DNA of 64,000 nt from Minisyncoccota bacterium (GTDB taxonomy: Bacteria; Patescibacteriota; Minisyncoccia; Phycocordibacterales; SBAW01): contig DASZWN010000001.1 of NCBI GenBank assembly GCA_035546575.1, positions 49,082 to 113,081 of the forward strand. The letters are read 5' to 3'. The notes under the pieces were generated by a model. It saw only the letters and a list, made by a program, of their open reading frames with translations. It was not told where the DNA came from and did no database searches. Shown here one piece after another: positions 1 through 9,000 of the stretch. The position numbers were made by a program, and so were the translations under genes. Every line of letters starts with the position of its first letter. The first letter of the stretch is position 1.

Positions 1-337
1 TGGCAGCCCGTACCTCAGGAGACAAGCGGTCGCGCTGGCCAATAAAACGTACGCGCACTTTCTCTTCTATGAGGCGATGCATTTGTTCTTTTGCGGCTTG
101 GAGTATCAAACCCATGAGATGTGAGACTTCCTCCTGAGAACGGCTCCAGTTTTCTGTTGAAAATGCATACACCACTAGGTGTTGTACGCCAGCCTCTCGC
201 ACCCACCTGACTGTGCGCTCAAGGTTATTAAGCCCCTCGGTATGACCCTGGAGCGCCGGAACATTGTGCGCCGAAGCCCAGCGGCGGTTGCCGTCTAAGA
301 TAATACCGATGCATGTCGGGCTTTTTTGTTCTTGCAT
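1..337 (-). CDS. uppS: Undecaprenyl diphosphate synthase (5' part; truncated by window edge)
   Basis: Manual minus-strand translation MQEQKSPTCIGIILDGNRRWA...YAFSTENWSR contains the cis-prenyltransferase motifs DGNRRWA and YAFSTENW; not in the ORF track. Confidence 0.95.
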   Translation of the reverse strand, partial: MQEQKSPTCIGIILDGNRRWASAHNVPALQGHTEGLNNLERTVRWVREAGVQHLVVYAFSTENWSRSQEEVSHLMGLILQAAKEQMHRLIEEKVRVRFIGQRDRLSPEVRAA

Positions 338-348
338 AGTATGTAGAA

Positions 349-1098
349 CTACTTCTCGTGTTTGTTAGTCTCACGCGAGACTGCCGTCCGAGTAAATTGA
401 ATCCTGTGGATAAATTTATGGAGTATTCCGATTGCGGCTCCCGCAGAGAATCCCCATACGAGTTCGGTGAGCGGTATCCCTACGAAACGGGCCCCAAACG
501 GCGTGCCATACAGGAGCCAGATGCTGCGACACCACTCTTCGCTGTTGGCGACTCCATGAACAATAATGAAATAAAAACAAAACATAATGCACGCAGACAG
601 CGCGCCGCTCGCAAGCGCAGGCACGAGCAAGTCGCGCCGGACATATACGATCGTTGCCACCACAGTAAGCGCGCCGAGAGCCGTGGCATAAATAGAGTTA
701 AGACCCGCCGATAGGAGGAGTATGGTAACGGCAATAAAGACGCCTAGTACAATTGCGCGTCGTTGCCACACTCTTTCTATATGTGCAGGTGTAGAGCTCT
801 GTTTTGAGACAACCTGGTATATCACGGCAGCTATGCCTGCAAACGCACCGCCAAAGAGCATCGACTCCGGATATATGGAAAAGACGCCGATGTGAAGAGG
901 CGCAATGCTTTGGGGCCTCCAGTAGTCGTTAAAGTACAAGAAGCTGTCGGCAATAACGCCAACCGCGACAAATATGGCGCTTAGGCGAAGCTGCTCTTTG
1001 CGCGTGTGTGGAGACCAGAGATACAGTGCTGCCCAAAGAAGCGCGAACGGTATCGCAATCGCTATATAGGCAAACCGTGGATCAATGGGGCCTATCAT
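349..1098 (-). CDS. Multi-pass membrane protein, lycopene-cyclase-domain-like
   Basis: 249 aa, about 7 TM segments, two repeats ending in YPES and IPLTELVW motifs typical of lycopene cyclase domain proteins. Confidence 0.6.
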   Translation of the reverse strand: MIGPIDPRFAYIAIAIPFALLWAALYLWSPHTRKEQLRLSAIFVAVGVIADSFLYFNDYWRPQSIAPLHIGVFSIYPESMLFGGAFAGIAAVIYQVVSKQSSTPAHIERVWQRRAIVLGVFIAVTILLLSAGLNSIYATALGALTVVATIVYVRRDLLVPALASGALSACIMFCFYFIIVHGVANSEEWCRSIWLLYGTPFGARFVGIPLTELVWGFSAGAAIGILHKFIHRIQFTRTAVSRETNKHEK

Positions 1099-1102
1099 TG
1101 TG

Positions 1103-1175
1103 TGGGCGATACAGGACTCGAACCTGTGACCTTCTCTGTGTAAAAGAGTTGCTCTACCAACTGAGCTAATCGCCC
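1103..1175 (-). tRNA. tRNA-Val(TAC)
   Basis: GGGCGATTAGCTCAGTTGGTAGAGC...TTTACAC...GGTTCGAGTCCTGTATCGCCCA cloverleaf; no encoded CCA. Confidence 0.95.
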
Positions 1176-1213
1176 GTGCCTTCTATTTATACGCGTTTTT
1201 ATACAAAAGTCAC

Positions 1214-1288
1214 TGGTGCCCCCGCGAGGAATCGAACCTCGATAGCCGGCTTAGAAGTCCGGAGTTTTATCCATTAAACTACAGGGGC
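1214..1288 (-). tRNA. tRNA-Arg(TCT)
   Basis: GCCCCTGTAGTTTAATGGATAAAAC-TCCGGA-CTTCTAA-GCCGG...GGTTCGATTCC...GGGGGCACCA; encoded CCA. Confidence 0.93.
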
Positions 1289-1887
1289 AATATACGGAAG
1301 TGCACAATAACATAATACGCTACCCCACACAGCAGCAGCACTGTTGCTACAAGAAAATATCTCTGTATGAGCAGGAGCACATTACCGCCAAAACGTTTTG
1401 TGAGATACCCGATGATCGCAAGACGTATCGCACGTCCGACAAAAAACCCGCCGAGACATGGCAGAAACGGCGCACCGAGGAAGCCGGCTGCAAGTACAAA
1501 TACCTTCTCCGGAATAAGCTGGAACGCAACGAGTATCATCCCAAGAAACACGCCGCCCTGGATAAGGTCCTGCGCCTGCACGAATGCATGTTCCAGATGA
1601 TAGAACTGCAGCAGCGGCATTCCAAACTGATGGAACAAAACGGCCCCAACAGCATAGCCAAGCGCCGCACCCACAACCGAGCACACGATACTAATTGCAA
1701 GATAAGTTTTAAATCGCGCCGGATGCGCCAAGATAAGCGCAGCCAAATACGCCTCGGGCGGGATAGGAAAAAAGATTGGGTCTGTTATAGCACAGACTCC
1801 CAGCCAAAACAGTGCGTGCGGGCCTTGAGCAAGCACGATAAACTTCTGCCACACCTCGTCTTTCCATACATGGAATTTCTCCAGCAT
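1279..1887 (-). CDS. YqaA/DedA-like (VTT domain) membrane protein
   Basis: FFPIPPEAYL, SVVGAALGYAVG and P.KVFVLAAG..GRAIR motifs of the YqaA family. Confidence 0.85.
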   Translation of the reverse strand: MLEKFHVWKDEVWQKFIVLAQGPHALFWLGVCAITDPIFFPIPPEAYLAALILAHPARFKTYLAISIVCSVVGAALGYAVGAVLFHQFGMPLLQFYHLEHAFVQAQDLIQGGVFLGMILVAFQLIPEKVFVLAAGFLGAPFLPCLGGFFVGRAIRLAIIGYLTKRFGGNVLLLIQRYFLVATVLLLCGVAYYVIVHFRILPL

Positions 1888-1892
1888 GAAAG

Positions 1893-2225
1893 TTAGCGCA
1901 CAAGCGCGCCTGGGGCGCCCGCTGTTTCAAACAAAGCAAACGGGGTCTCGCCATCTCCGCCGGTTGCAAGAATCATTGCCTGGCTCTCGAGCCCCATCAT
2001 CATACGGGGTGCCAGGTTAGTCACAAACGGGCACTTCTTCCCCACCAAGTCCTGCGGGTTTGGAAAATACGCCGAGATCCCAGAGAGTACTTGGCGCTCC
2101 TCTATGCCAAAATTTACTTTCAGCTTCAAGAGCTTGTCACTGCCCTCGATCTTTTCAGCGCTTACAATCTCGCCAATGCGGATCTCTACCTTTTTGAAGT
2201 CGTCTATTGCTATAGGTTCAGACAT
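1893..2225 (-). CDS. Stand-alone tRNA-binding OB-fold protein (MetRS C-terminal domain/Trbp/CsaA-like)
   Basis: IDDFKKVEIRIGEI..AEKIEGSDKLLKL..VTNLAPRMMMGLESQAMILA. Confidence 0.9.
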   Translation of the reverse strand: MSEPIAIDDFKKVEIRIGEIVSAEKIEGSDKLLKLKVNFGIEERQVLSGISAYFPNPQDLVGKKCPFVTNLAPRMMMGLESQAMILATGGDGETPFALFETAGAPGALVR

Positions 2226-2234
2226 AAAAAAATC

Positions 2235-2672
2235 TTAGCTTGTTTTGCGGTTGCGGTCGAGATAGCCCTGCAAAATGAGGGCCGCTGCCGAGGCGTCCAG
2301 CTTTGCCTGCGAGGGGGCCTCTTTGCGCGAGCCCTGCCTACCGGCAGGCAGGCGTCCGGGCGTAAATTGGCGTGCCGCCTGCGTACTGGTCATAAACTCA
2401 CGCTCATATTCAACCGGCAGACCGGTTAATTCCGCAATATCATTTTTAAACTGCTCGATATCTTCCATCACCGGGTTTGGCTCGTTTTGGAAGTTGCGCG
2501 ACTCACCTATCACAATTGTTTCCACATTATTTTCTTTTATAAGCGCAATCGTGGCATCTAATGCTCCCCTGTCGCTGGCGATTGTAGTCAGCGGAAAGGC
2601 GACCGAGCCAGTATCATCCGATACTGCCACTCCGATGCGTTTGGTGCCGTAATCAATACCGAGACATTTCAC
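2235..2672 (-). CDS. ruvX: Holliday junction resolvase-like / pre-16S rRNA maturase RuvX (YqgF)
   Basis: GTG start, LGIDYGTKRIGVAVSD and DASAAALILQGYLD motifs; the longer ORF-track extension runs through tRNA-Ser and is spurious. Confidence 0.92.
   Translation of the reverse strand: MKCLGIDYGTKRIGVAVSDDTGSVAFPLTTIASDRGALDATIALIKENNVETIVIGESRNFQNEPNPVMEDIEQFKNDIAELTGLPVEYEREFMTSTQAARQFTPGRLPAGRQGSRKEAPSQAKLDASAAALILQGYLDRNRKTS
2333..2352. repeat. 20-bp palindromic repeat copy 1 (CCTGCCTACCGGCAGGCAGG), in frame in ruvX
   Basis: Encodes LPAGRQ on the minus strand. Confidence 0.9.
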
Positions 2673-2714
2673 CCTTTGAGCATAACGGATAAACAGTGTA
2701 TTGTCTTCTATATT

Positions 2715-2799
2715 GGAGAGGTGGCAGAGTGGTCTATCGCACCTGTCTTGAAAACAGGAGTACCGCAAGGTACCGTGAGTTCGAATCTCACCCTCTCCG
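2715..2799 (+). tRNA. tRNA-Ser(TGA)
   Basis: GGAGAGGTGGCAGAGTGG...CCTGT-CTTGAAA-ACAGG, long variable arm GTACCGCAAGGTAC, GTTCGAATC. Confidence 0.95.
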
Positions 2800-2858
2800 C
2801 ATTGATTAATAGCGAATAGTTTGTATAGTATCCTCGCATCTAACACGGAGGTATTTCG

Positions 2859-3167
2859 ATGCGCACAAGTTTGATCGCCCTTTCCTTGCTTGCGGCTAGC
2901 ACCCTTACCGCACACGCCGACGATGGCAAGCTGCTCTGGAAGAGCACTGAGCCGACCGGTTACGTGACCAACGGCGAGCGTTGCTACGCTACCTTGACCA
3001 AGCTCGGGAAGCACACGTTCTACAACCCGATGGACTGCAAGACGCCGCACATTCGCAACTACTTCAGCATGAGCTGGACTGTCGACGAGCCGCCGATCAA
3101 CATGAAGGGCGTTGCTGAGGCTCACCACGTCAAGGTCTTGCCGAACGGCAACATCAGCCTCTACTGA
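2859..3167 (+). CDS. Small secreted hypothetical protein
   Basis: GGAGG Shine-Dalgarno, signal peptide ending AHA, own terminator. Confidence 0.75.
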   Translation: MRTSLIALSLLAASTLTAHADDGKLLWKSTEPTGYVTNGERCYATLTKLGKHTFYNPMDCKTPHIRNYFSMSWTVDEPPINMKGVAEAHHVKVLPNGNISLY

Positions 3168-3176
3168 AGATCAACC

Positions 3177-3209
3177 GAGCGTCGGGATACTCCCGGCGCT
3201 TCTTTTTTT
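3177..3209 (+). terminator. Intrinsic terminator
   Basis: AGCGTCGGGA-TAC-TCCCGGCGCT hairpin followed by a T-tract. Confidence 0.75.
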
Positions 3210-3234
3210 GTTCAACTTTCTATATGCTGGGCCG

Positions 3235-3894
3235 ATGGCAACGCTACGCAAACAGCCGGATTTTTCCGAATCTTACAAGGCGCTCAGGCGCGACAAAAAG
3301 CTCGCTGCGGTTATGCGTATGCATGGGCCCATGGACCTTACCCGATATCATTCAGACTCTCCCGGGATATTTGCTGCACTCCTGCGATCTGTCGTATCGC
3401 AACAGATCTCCGGAAAAGCTGCGGCCTCGATACTTGCTCGCGTACAGGCTCTCTACCCAAAAAACAAACCGACACCTGAGTTGGTGGCAAAAACACCCGC
3501 ACCAAAACTGCGCAAAGCAGGGCTTTCTGCCGCAAAAGTTTTGTACGTAAAAGATCTCGCCAAAAAATATCTTGACGGCACGATACGCGAAAAGAATTTT
3601 CCGAAAATGAGTTCGCAAGAAATTATCGACCACTTGGTGCAAGTAAAAGGCATCGGCGAGTGGACCGCGCATATGGTACTGATATTTACGCTCTACCGCT
3701 CGGACATTCTGCCCGTTGGCGACCTCGCTATTCGTAAGGGATTTCAGGCGGTGTACGGACTGCGCGAGCTCCCAACCAAAAAACAGATGGAGGTACTTGC
3801 AAAGCCTTGGCGGGCGCATGCCACCGCCGCCTCGTGGTACCTGTGGCGTGTAGCCGACCAGGCAAAACCCCAGCCCCGCAAGAGAAAAGTTTGA
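3235..3894 (+). CDS. alkA: DNA-3-methyladenine glycosylase II family (HhH-GPD)
   Basis: SVVSQQISGKAA, HhH VKGIGEWTA, LPVGDLAIRKG. Confidence 0.88.
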   Translation: MATLRKQPDFSESYKALRRDKKLAAVMRMHGPMDLTRYHSDSPGIFAALLRSVVSQQISGKAAASILARVQALYPKNKPTPELVAKTPAPKLRKAGLSAAKVLYVKDLAKKYLDGTIREKNFPKMSSQEIIDHLVQVKGIGEWTAHMVLIFTLYRSDILPVGDLAIRKGFQAVYGLRELPTKKQMEVLAKPWRAHATAASWYLWRVADQAKPQPRKRKV

Positions 3895-3913
3895 TTTTGT
3901 ATACTAGCCATCT

Positions 3914-4597
3914 ATGGCTAGGGATACATTTGCTAAGTGGAATGGCACCGCGGCCTCCGCAATTGCCATACAAAAACAGCTACGCTCAGAAATAAAACTC
4001 ATTCCTCTCACTAAAATACCGAAACTTATCGGGGGCTGCGACGTGAGCATGAACATGTTCGCAAAAGACGGCTTTGCAGGATTTGTCGTACTCTCCTACC
4101 CCGAGCTGCACATGGTTGATCATGCGGTTGTTAAAGACACGATCGGCTTCCCCTATATTCCAGGACTGCTTTCATTCCGCGAAATACCTATGCTTATGAA
4201 AGCGTGGAAGAACCTGAAGCAGAAACCCGATGTAATTGTGGTAGACGGCGTTGGCATCGCGCATCCGCGGCGCATGGGTATCGCGACGCACTTAGGATTA
4301 GCACTCAATGTGCCAACAATCGGCTGCGCCAAGAGCGTGCTCACGGGAGTATATAAGGAACCGGAAAATAAAGTTGGCGCAGTCTCTTATATGTACGACC
4401 GCTACAATAAAACAGAAGTTATCGGCGCCGCACTGCGCACTAAGGTTGGCGTAAAGCCTGTCTATGTTTCTCCAGGTCACTTGATTACACTTCAAGAGTC
4501 GATAGAACTCGTTAAAAATTGCGTTATTGCGCATCGCCTCCCCGAGCCAACGCGCTTCGCACACAATACGGTTAATGAGTATCGGGTATGCGGCTAG
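3914..4597 (+). CDS. nfi: Endonuclease V
   Basis: GGCDVS, FPYIPGLLSFRE, VDGVGIAHPRRMGIATH, RLPEPTRFAH. Confidence 0.96.
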   Translation: MARDTFAKWNGTAASAIAIQKQLRSEIKLIPLTKIPKLIGGCDVSMNMFAKDGFAGFVVLSYPELHMVDHAVVKDTIGFPYIPGLLSFREIPMLMKAWKNLKQKPDVIVVDGVGIAHPRRMGIATHLGLALNVPTIGCAKSVLTGVYKEPENKVGAVSYMYDRYNKTEVIGAALRTKVGVKPVYVSPGHLITLQESIELVKNCVIAHRLPEPTRFAHNTVNEYRVCG

Positions 4598-5409
4598 TAA
4601 TCGAAGTCGCCGAATGATGGGTTATTAACCCGATTACCTTGCGGCAGCGAATCGATGCGCGCCAAATCTGCCTCCTCGATAGTAAAGCCGAGCGACTCTA
4701 GATTTTCTGTAATGCGTTCTGGCTTAGTGCTCTTGGGGATCGCTATCATGCCGCGCGCAACAATCCAGTTAAGCACCACTTGGGCTGGGGACATGCCGTA
4801 TTTGTTTGCAAGCTCAATAATAAGGGGTAGTTCTGTCTCGCCTCCCTTGAGGCTCGAGTATGCGGTAATCGAAATATTTTTTGAGGCGCAGTAATCGCGA
4901 AGCGCTTTTTGATTGAACGAGGGGCGCACCTCTACCTGATTGTTGGTGATCTCAACCCCCGCTTTGAGTGCATCCTCGAGATGATGCGGCGTAAAGTTGG
5001 AGACGCCGATAGCTTTAATCGTACCTTCGCTCTTGAGTTCGCTCATTGCTTTGAGCGTTTCTGCAAACGGCACTTCCCTATTGGGCCAATGGATAAGGAG
5101 CAGGTCGATGTAGGGAGTGTCGAGCTCTTTCAAAAAGCGCTCTCCGTCGGCACGCACTGCCGCAGCAGTGTAGCCATTCGGATATGCAAGTTTAGTGGTA
5201 ATAAAAAAATTCTCGCGCGATATACCCGAGTCCTTGATGCCTTGCGCCACTTGTCTGTGGTTGCCGTACCCGTCAGCTGTGTCTATGTGGGTATAACCGT
5301 TCTTGAGCGCATACTCCACGCCTCGCACACAGTCATCGCCTGTTAGTTGCCACGTACCGAGCCCAAGCACGGGTATACGCGCCTGCGCGTTTAATGCTAT
5401 TGATTTCAT
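4594..5409 (-). CDS. Aldo/keto reductase
   Basis: LGLGTWQL, HIDTADGY, DLLLIHWP, IGVSNF, IPKS; start taken at MKSIAL. Confidence 0.95.
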   Translation of the reverse strand: MKSIALNAQARIPVLGLGTWQLTGDDCVRGVEYALKNGYTHIDTADGYGNHRQVAQGIKDSGISRENFFITTKLAYPNGYTAAAVRADGERFLKELDTPYIDLLLIHWPNREVPFAETLKAMSELKSEGTIKAIGVSNFTPHHLEDALKAGVEITNNQVEVRPSFNQKALRDYCASKNISITAYSSLKGGETELPLIIELANKYGMSPAQVVLNWIVARGMIAIPKSTKPERITENLESLGFTIEEADLARIDSLPQGNRVNNPSFGDFDY

Positions 5410-5453
5410 ATACAAAGAGTATATCAACAGCATGGTGGTATACTGAAATAACT

Positions 5454-5924
5454 ATGCCTGGGGATACGCATGACATGTCCTGGAGCGTTACGACGCACGA
5501 GCATCGCGAACGCTCAACAGATTGGTATTGGACGCTGGGTGTTGTGGCGCTTGCAGGAGTTGGTGCCTCGATATTCTTCGGTAACTTTTTGTTTGCGGTG
5601 ATTATCGCGCTTGGCGCATTCTCAATCGGGTTCTTAGCCGTGCGTGGTCCCCGCGAGCACTTGGTACGGATCGACGACCGCGGCATCTCCATCGACGGCA
5701 CGCGCTACCCTTTTTCTGCAGTGCACTCGTACTGGGTCGAGCATGATGTTGAGGACCCGAGACTCTTTATGACGATGCGTGGCATACTTTCTCCGCACTT
5801 CTCACTGGTGCTTGATAATCAGGCGCAGGGCGACCTTGTACGCGATCATTTAAAGCAGCATGTAAACGAAGAGGAGCAGGGTCCGCACGCAGGCGAACAT
5901 TTGGCGCAGATCTTCGGCCTCTAG
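5454..5924 (+). CDS. Conserved hypothetical membrane protein (2 TM plus PH-like soluble domain)
   Basis: W...EH.ERS.DWYW followed by two TM helices, a pattern typical of CPR hypothetical proteins. Confidence 0.75.
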   Translation: MPGDTHDMSWSVTTHEHRERSTDWYWTLGVVALAGVGASIFFGNFLFAVIIALGAFSIGFLAVRGPREHLVRIDDRGISIDGTRYPFSAVHSYWVEHDVEDPRLFMTMRGILSPHFSLVLDNQAQGDLVRDHLKQHVNEEEQGPHAGEHLAQIFGL

Positions 5925-5966
5925 AAAAAAACATCGTTTGGTTGTAAGCTCAAAGGGTTTGAAGCG

Positions 5967-5986
5967 CCTGCCTGTCGGCAGACAGG
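5967..5986. repeat. Palindromic repeat copy 2 (CCTGCCTGTCGGCAGACAGG), abutting the tRNA 5' end
   Basis: Variant of the 20-bp consensus; its last G is position 1 of tRNA-Arg(GCG). Confidence 0.85.
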
Positions 5987-6057
5987 CTCTCGTCGTTCAA
6001 TGGATAGGACGGCAGCTTGCGGAGCTGCTGATGTAGGTTCGATTCCTACCGAGAGCA
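5986..6057 (+). tRNA. tRNA-Arg(GCG)
   Basis: GCTCTCGTCGTTCAATGGATAGGAC-GGCAGC-TTGCGGA-GCTGC...GGTTCGATTCCTACCGAGAGCA. Confidence 0.93.
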
Positions 6058-6064
6058 CCCGTTT

Positions 6065-9000
6065 TTATATCTCCTGATAATTCGGTATAAGTTGCACGGT
6101 TATGCTTCTGGTGCTGGGCGGATCCTGGTTATTAGTACACGTCAGCGTGTATTTGGTCGGCTGCGTGATAGGCTGCGTCGTGGCTGTGCCGGTAAATGGA
6201 TTGCTGGAGCCGTTCCATAAGCTTGTAATATCGCCGCCTGCAGTTCCGCTTGCGGGAGTCGGCGAAATACTACAGCTTATGCCGTTTGCCATGCCCGGTA
6301 TGTTCCAAGACAGCGTCGATGAGCCACCCAGGCGCACGCGGGTCGCGGTGAAGGAGTTGGCGCTGAGCGTCGGTACCGATGGAGTTGACGGGACGCATGC
6401 GGAGCCATTGAACGCGTAGCCGCTCGGGACGCTGCAGGTATTGTCCGGATTGCCTGTGCATCCCGAAGGTACCGTGGTCTGAAAGCCTGGAAGATTGGTG
6501 CACATATCCGGAACACATCCGCCGTTGCCATCGGACGCCTGGCCAACTGCACACACCTTCACTTGCACGGTAGCGTAGCCGTTATAGTTGATGTAGTTAA
6601 AAGTTTTTGCCTGTGCGGAAAATACAAACGCCTTTCCCGCGTCTGCTGATGCCGGCGTAAAAGTATACGTTTTTGTCGCATCGGGTTTCTGCCAACAATT
6701 TGGATCAGAAGCCGCTGGCGGATTCGGAGGAGCAACAAGATTACAGTTAACAGTATTACCGTCCTGTGAATCGCATCCCGAGTCGCAATTGATAGCGGTA
6801 GCCTCAAGAGGGTCGCCGGTTGAGGTATATTTGATTACGATAATGCCCTGGGCCCCGACTCCTTCATTGCTCTGGCTGCCTCCGCCGGAGCCGCCACCGC
6901 CGCCATACAAACCACCGTTACCGCCCGGAGCGGCAATCGAGGAACGACACCCGCCGCCTCCGCCGGAGCCGGCCGTCGGCGTCGCGCCCGTGTATGCAGA
7001 ACCGTTCCACACGTTGGTAGCAATCCACTCGGCACCATTACCACCAGCCGCAGGCGGGTTGCCGCAACCGCTGCCCGCGCCGCCAAGCCCCGCATCCCCT
7101 GCGCCGCCGCTGTCTCCCGCTTGACCATTCCCGTTGGGACCTCCTGCGCCGCCGCCGTTGCCGGAATTGTTATTATCGCCGTAAGCGCCGGCGCCGCCCG
7201 CATACTTAACAGTGCCGACGCCGCCGCTGACAGCGCCTCCAGCTCCACCATTGTTGCCATTGCCGCTGTTGCCGCCCTTAGCACATACCGAAACCGTATC
7301 GACGCAGGTATTTGAGGAACCGGCAGTCCTATTAAAGAAAGTGTCGCCGCCCGGACTGGCCGGATTCCCTTGAGCCGCGCCTTGTCCTACCCTGTACGCC
7401 ACGGATGCGCCGTGGGTGAGAGAAACATTAGTCTTTTTTGAATATGCGCCGCCTCCGCCTCCGCCGCCCCGACCTCCTGTAAAAGCCGAGGTGCCGCCGC
7501 CGCCTATAACTTCGATGCTGTTATTGGCGCTGTTCCAATCGCTTGGCACGGTCCATACGCCAGAACCTGCGGCAGTAATAAAGACGGTTTTTTGAGTTTG
7601 ATTGGTACTGCCAGCATATGTGGCGGCTACAGTTACTTGCTGTCCCACCCCAACTGAAACTAATTTTCCGTTCTTGTTGCCGCTGCTGTCTGCCGCTTGA
7701 AAACCGGCGTTATTGGCTTGGATAGTAGCGGTCGGGGGCGGATACAAAACGCAGGTGTTACCCGAACGATAACTACCCGAAGTAACCGTGTTGCAGGGCA
7801 CACAAACCCCGCCCTGTACGATAGCGGTAGGATCCGAGCATGTCTGTACGTCAACTTGTATTTGCGGCTGTCGATAGGAAGGATTCTGCATACCGTATAT
7901 CGTGTAGCTGCCTCCAGTAGGAGCAGTGCCGGAGGATGCAGCTGGCGGAGAACCGCCGTTTGCGGGAATCCCTTCTTGAGGCTGATAGCCGCCGCATTGG
8001 AGCGTAACGCTCTGCGAATTGCTGAACGTCTGCGTAGAACTGTCGATAAGGTTCGCCGTTTCAGTGCCCTTGTACCACGCTCGATCCGCTGTCTGGACAT
8101 TGAGATCGCCATCGGTAACAAGCGTCCAGCTAAGACAGCTAATAATGTAAGCGCCTTGGCATGCGGCGCCAAACCAAACATAATTCTGGTTCGGCAAACA
8201 TTGATAAGAGAACTGGACCGGGGTGTATTTAGGGACCTTAAGCGTGGCGGCGGGCGTATTTTGTGTCGGCGCAGTAGCGTACGCCCAATGCGTTGTTGAA
8301 GTGTTACAAGGATTTGTTTTTTTGACATTCGTGAGATCGAGACCGACATTAACCGGAGCAATGCCTGCAGTCTGCGCTACTGCTTGCAGGACCGCAACAC
8401 GCGTACCCGCAACGGTAGTAGAAAAATTAGGACCCATGCATACGCCCTGCGCCGTGTCGCTCGGGAGCGATATGCCGGCCGTACCGCCATTAGTGCCGCA
8501 TAGTTGGGGCGAAGGGCTATTGGTGATCCAGGCATTAAGAATGCTTGTGGGAGTGGCAAATTGGTTTGTGTAGCCCCATCCGCCATCTTGGTGGTAAATA
8601 TAGCCATTATAGGGCAATGGGTAAGCAGCAAAAGGAGCGATCGCGTAGGGCGAGACTGTCTCAATCGCCGGAGTCCCGTTGTTAATGGTTATTGTGGCGC
8701 TCGCCGGCGTACCGACGGAATAGGCCGAGGATGCGGCTATAGTCGCCTTGAGCGTAGTGCTGCCGCCCGATGTTTTTTGAAGCGCAGTAATAGGAACCAC
8801 TACCGACATAGTGTTCGCCGGAATAGTAACCGTTGCGGGAGCGGCGGAGTAGTCTGTCCCCACCACCGCAGTACTCCCGCTTCCGCCGTATACAAGGTCC
8901 ACCGACACCGCAGGCCAGGTTGCTGGCCCGTTGCGGGTAACAGTAAATGCTCCCGGAGTACCGATGCAGGAATTACCGCTGTTGGTCGGCGCGGTGATGG

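Noticed and set aside
367-413. parS-like palindrome AGTCTCACGCGAGACT and a perfect DnaA box at 405
   Set aside because: Isolated, inside a CDS and far from the cluster; consistent with chance.
2673-3128. N-terminal extension of the 297-aa ORF (RuvX fusion)
   Set aside because: Runs antisense through tRNA-Ser and a plausible plus-strand gene; RuvX homology starts at GTG 2672, which has its own -10 box.
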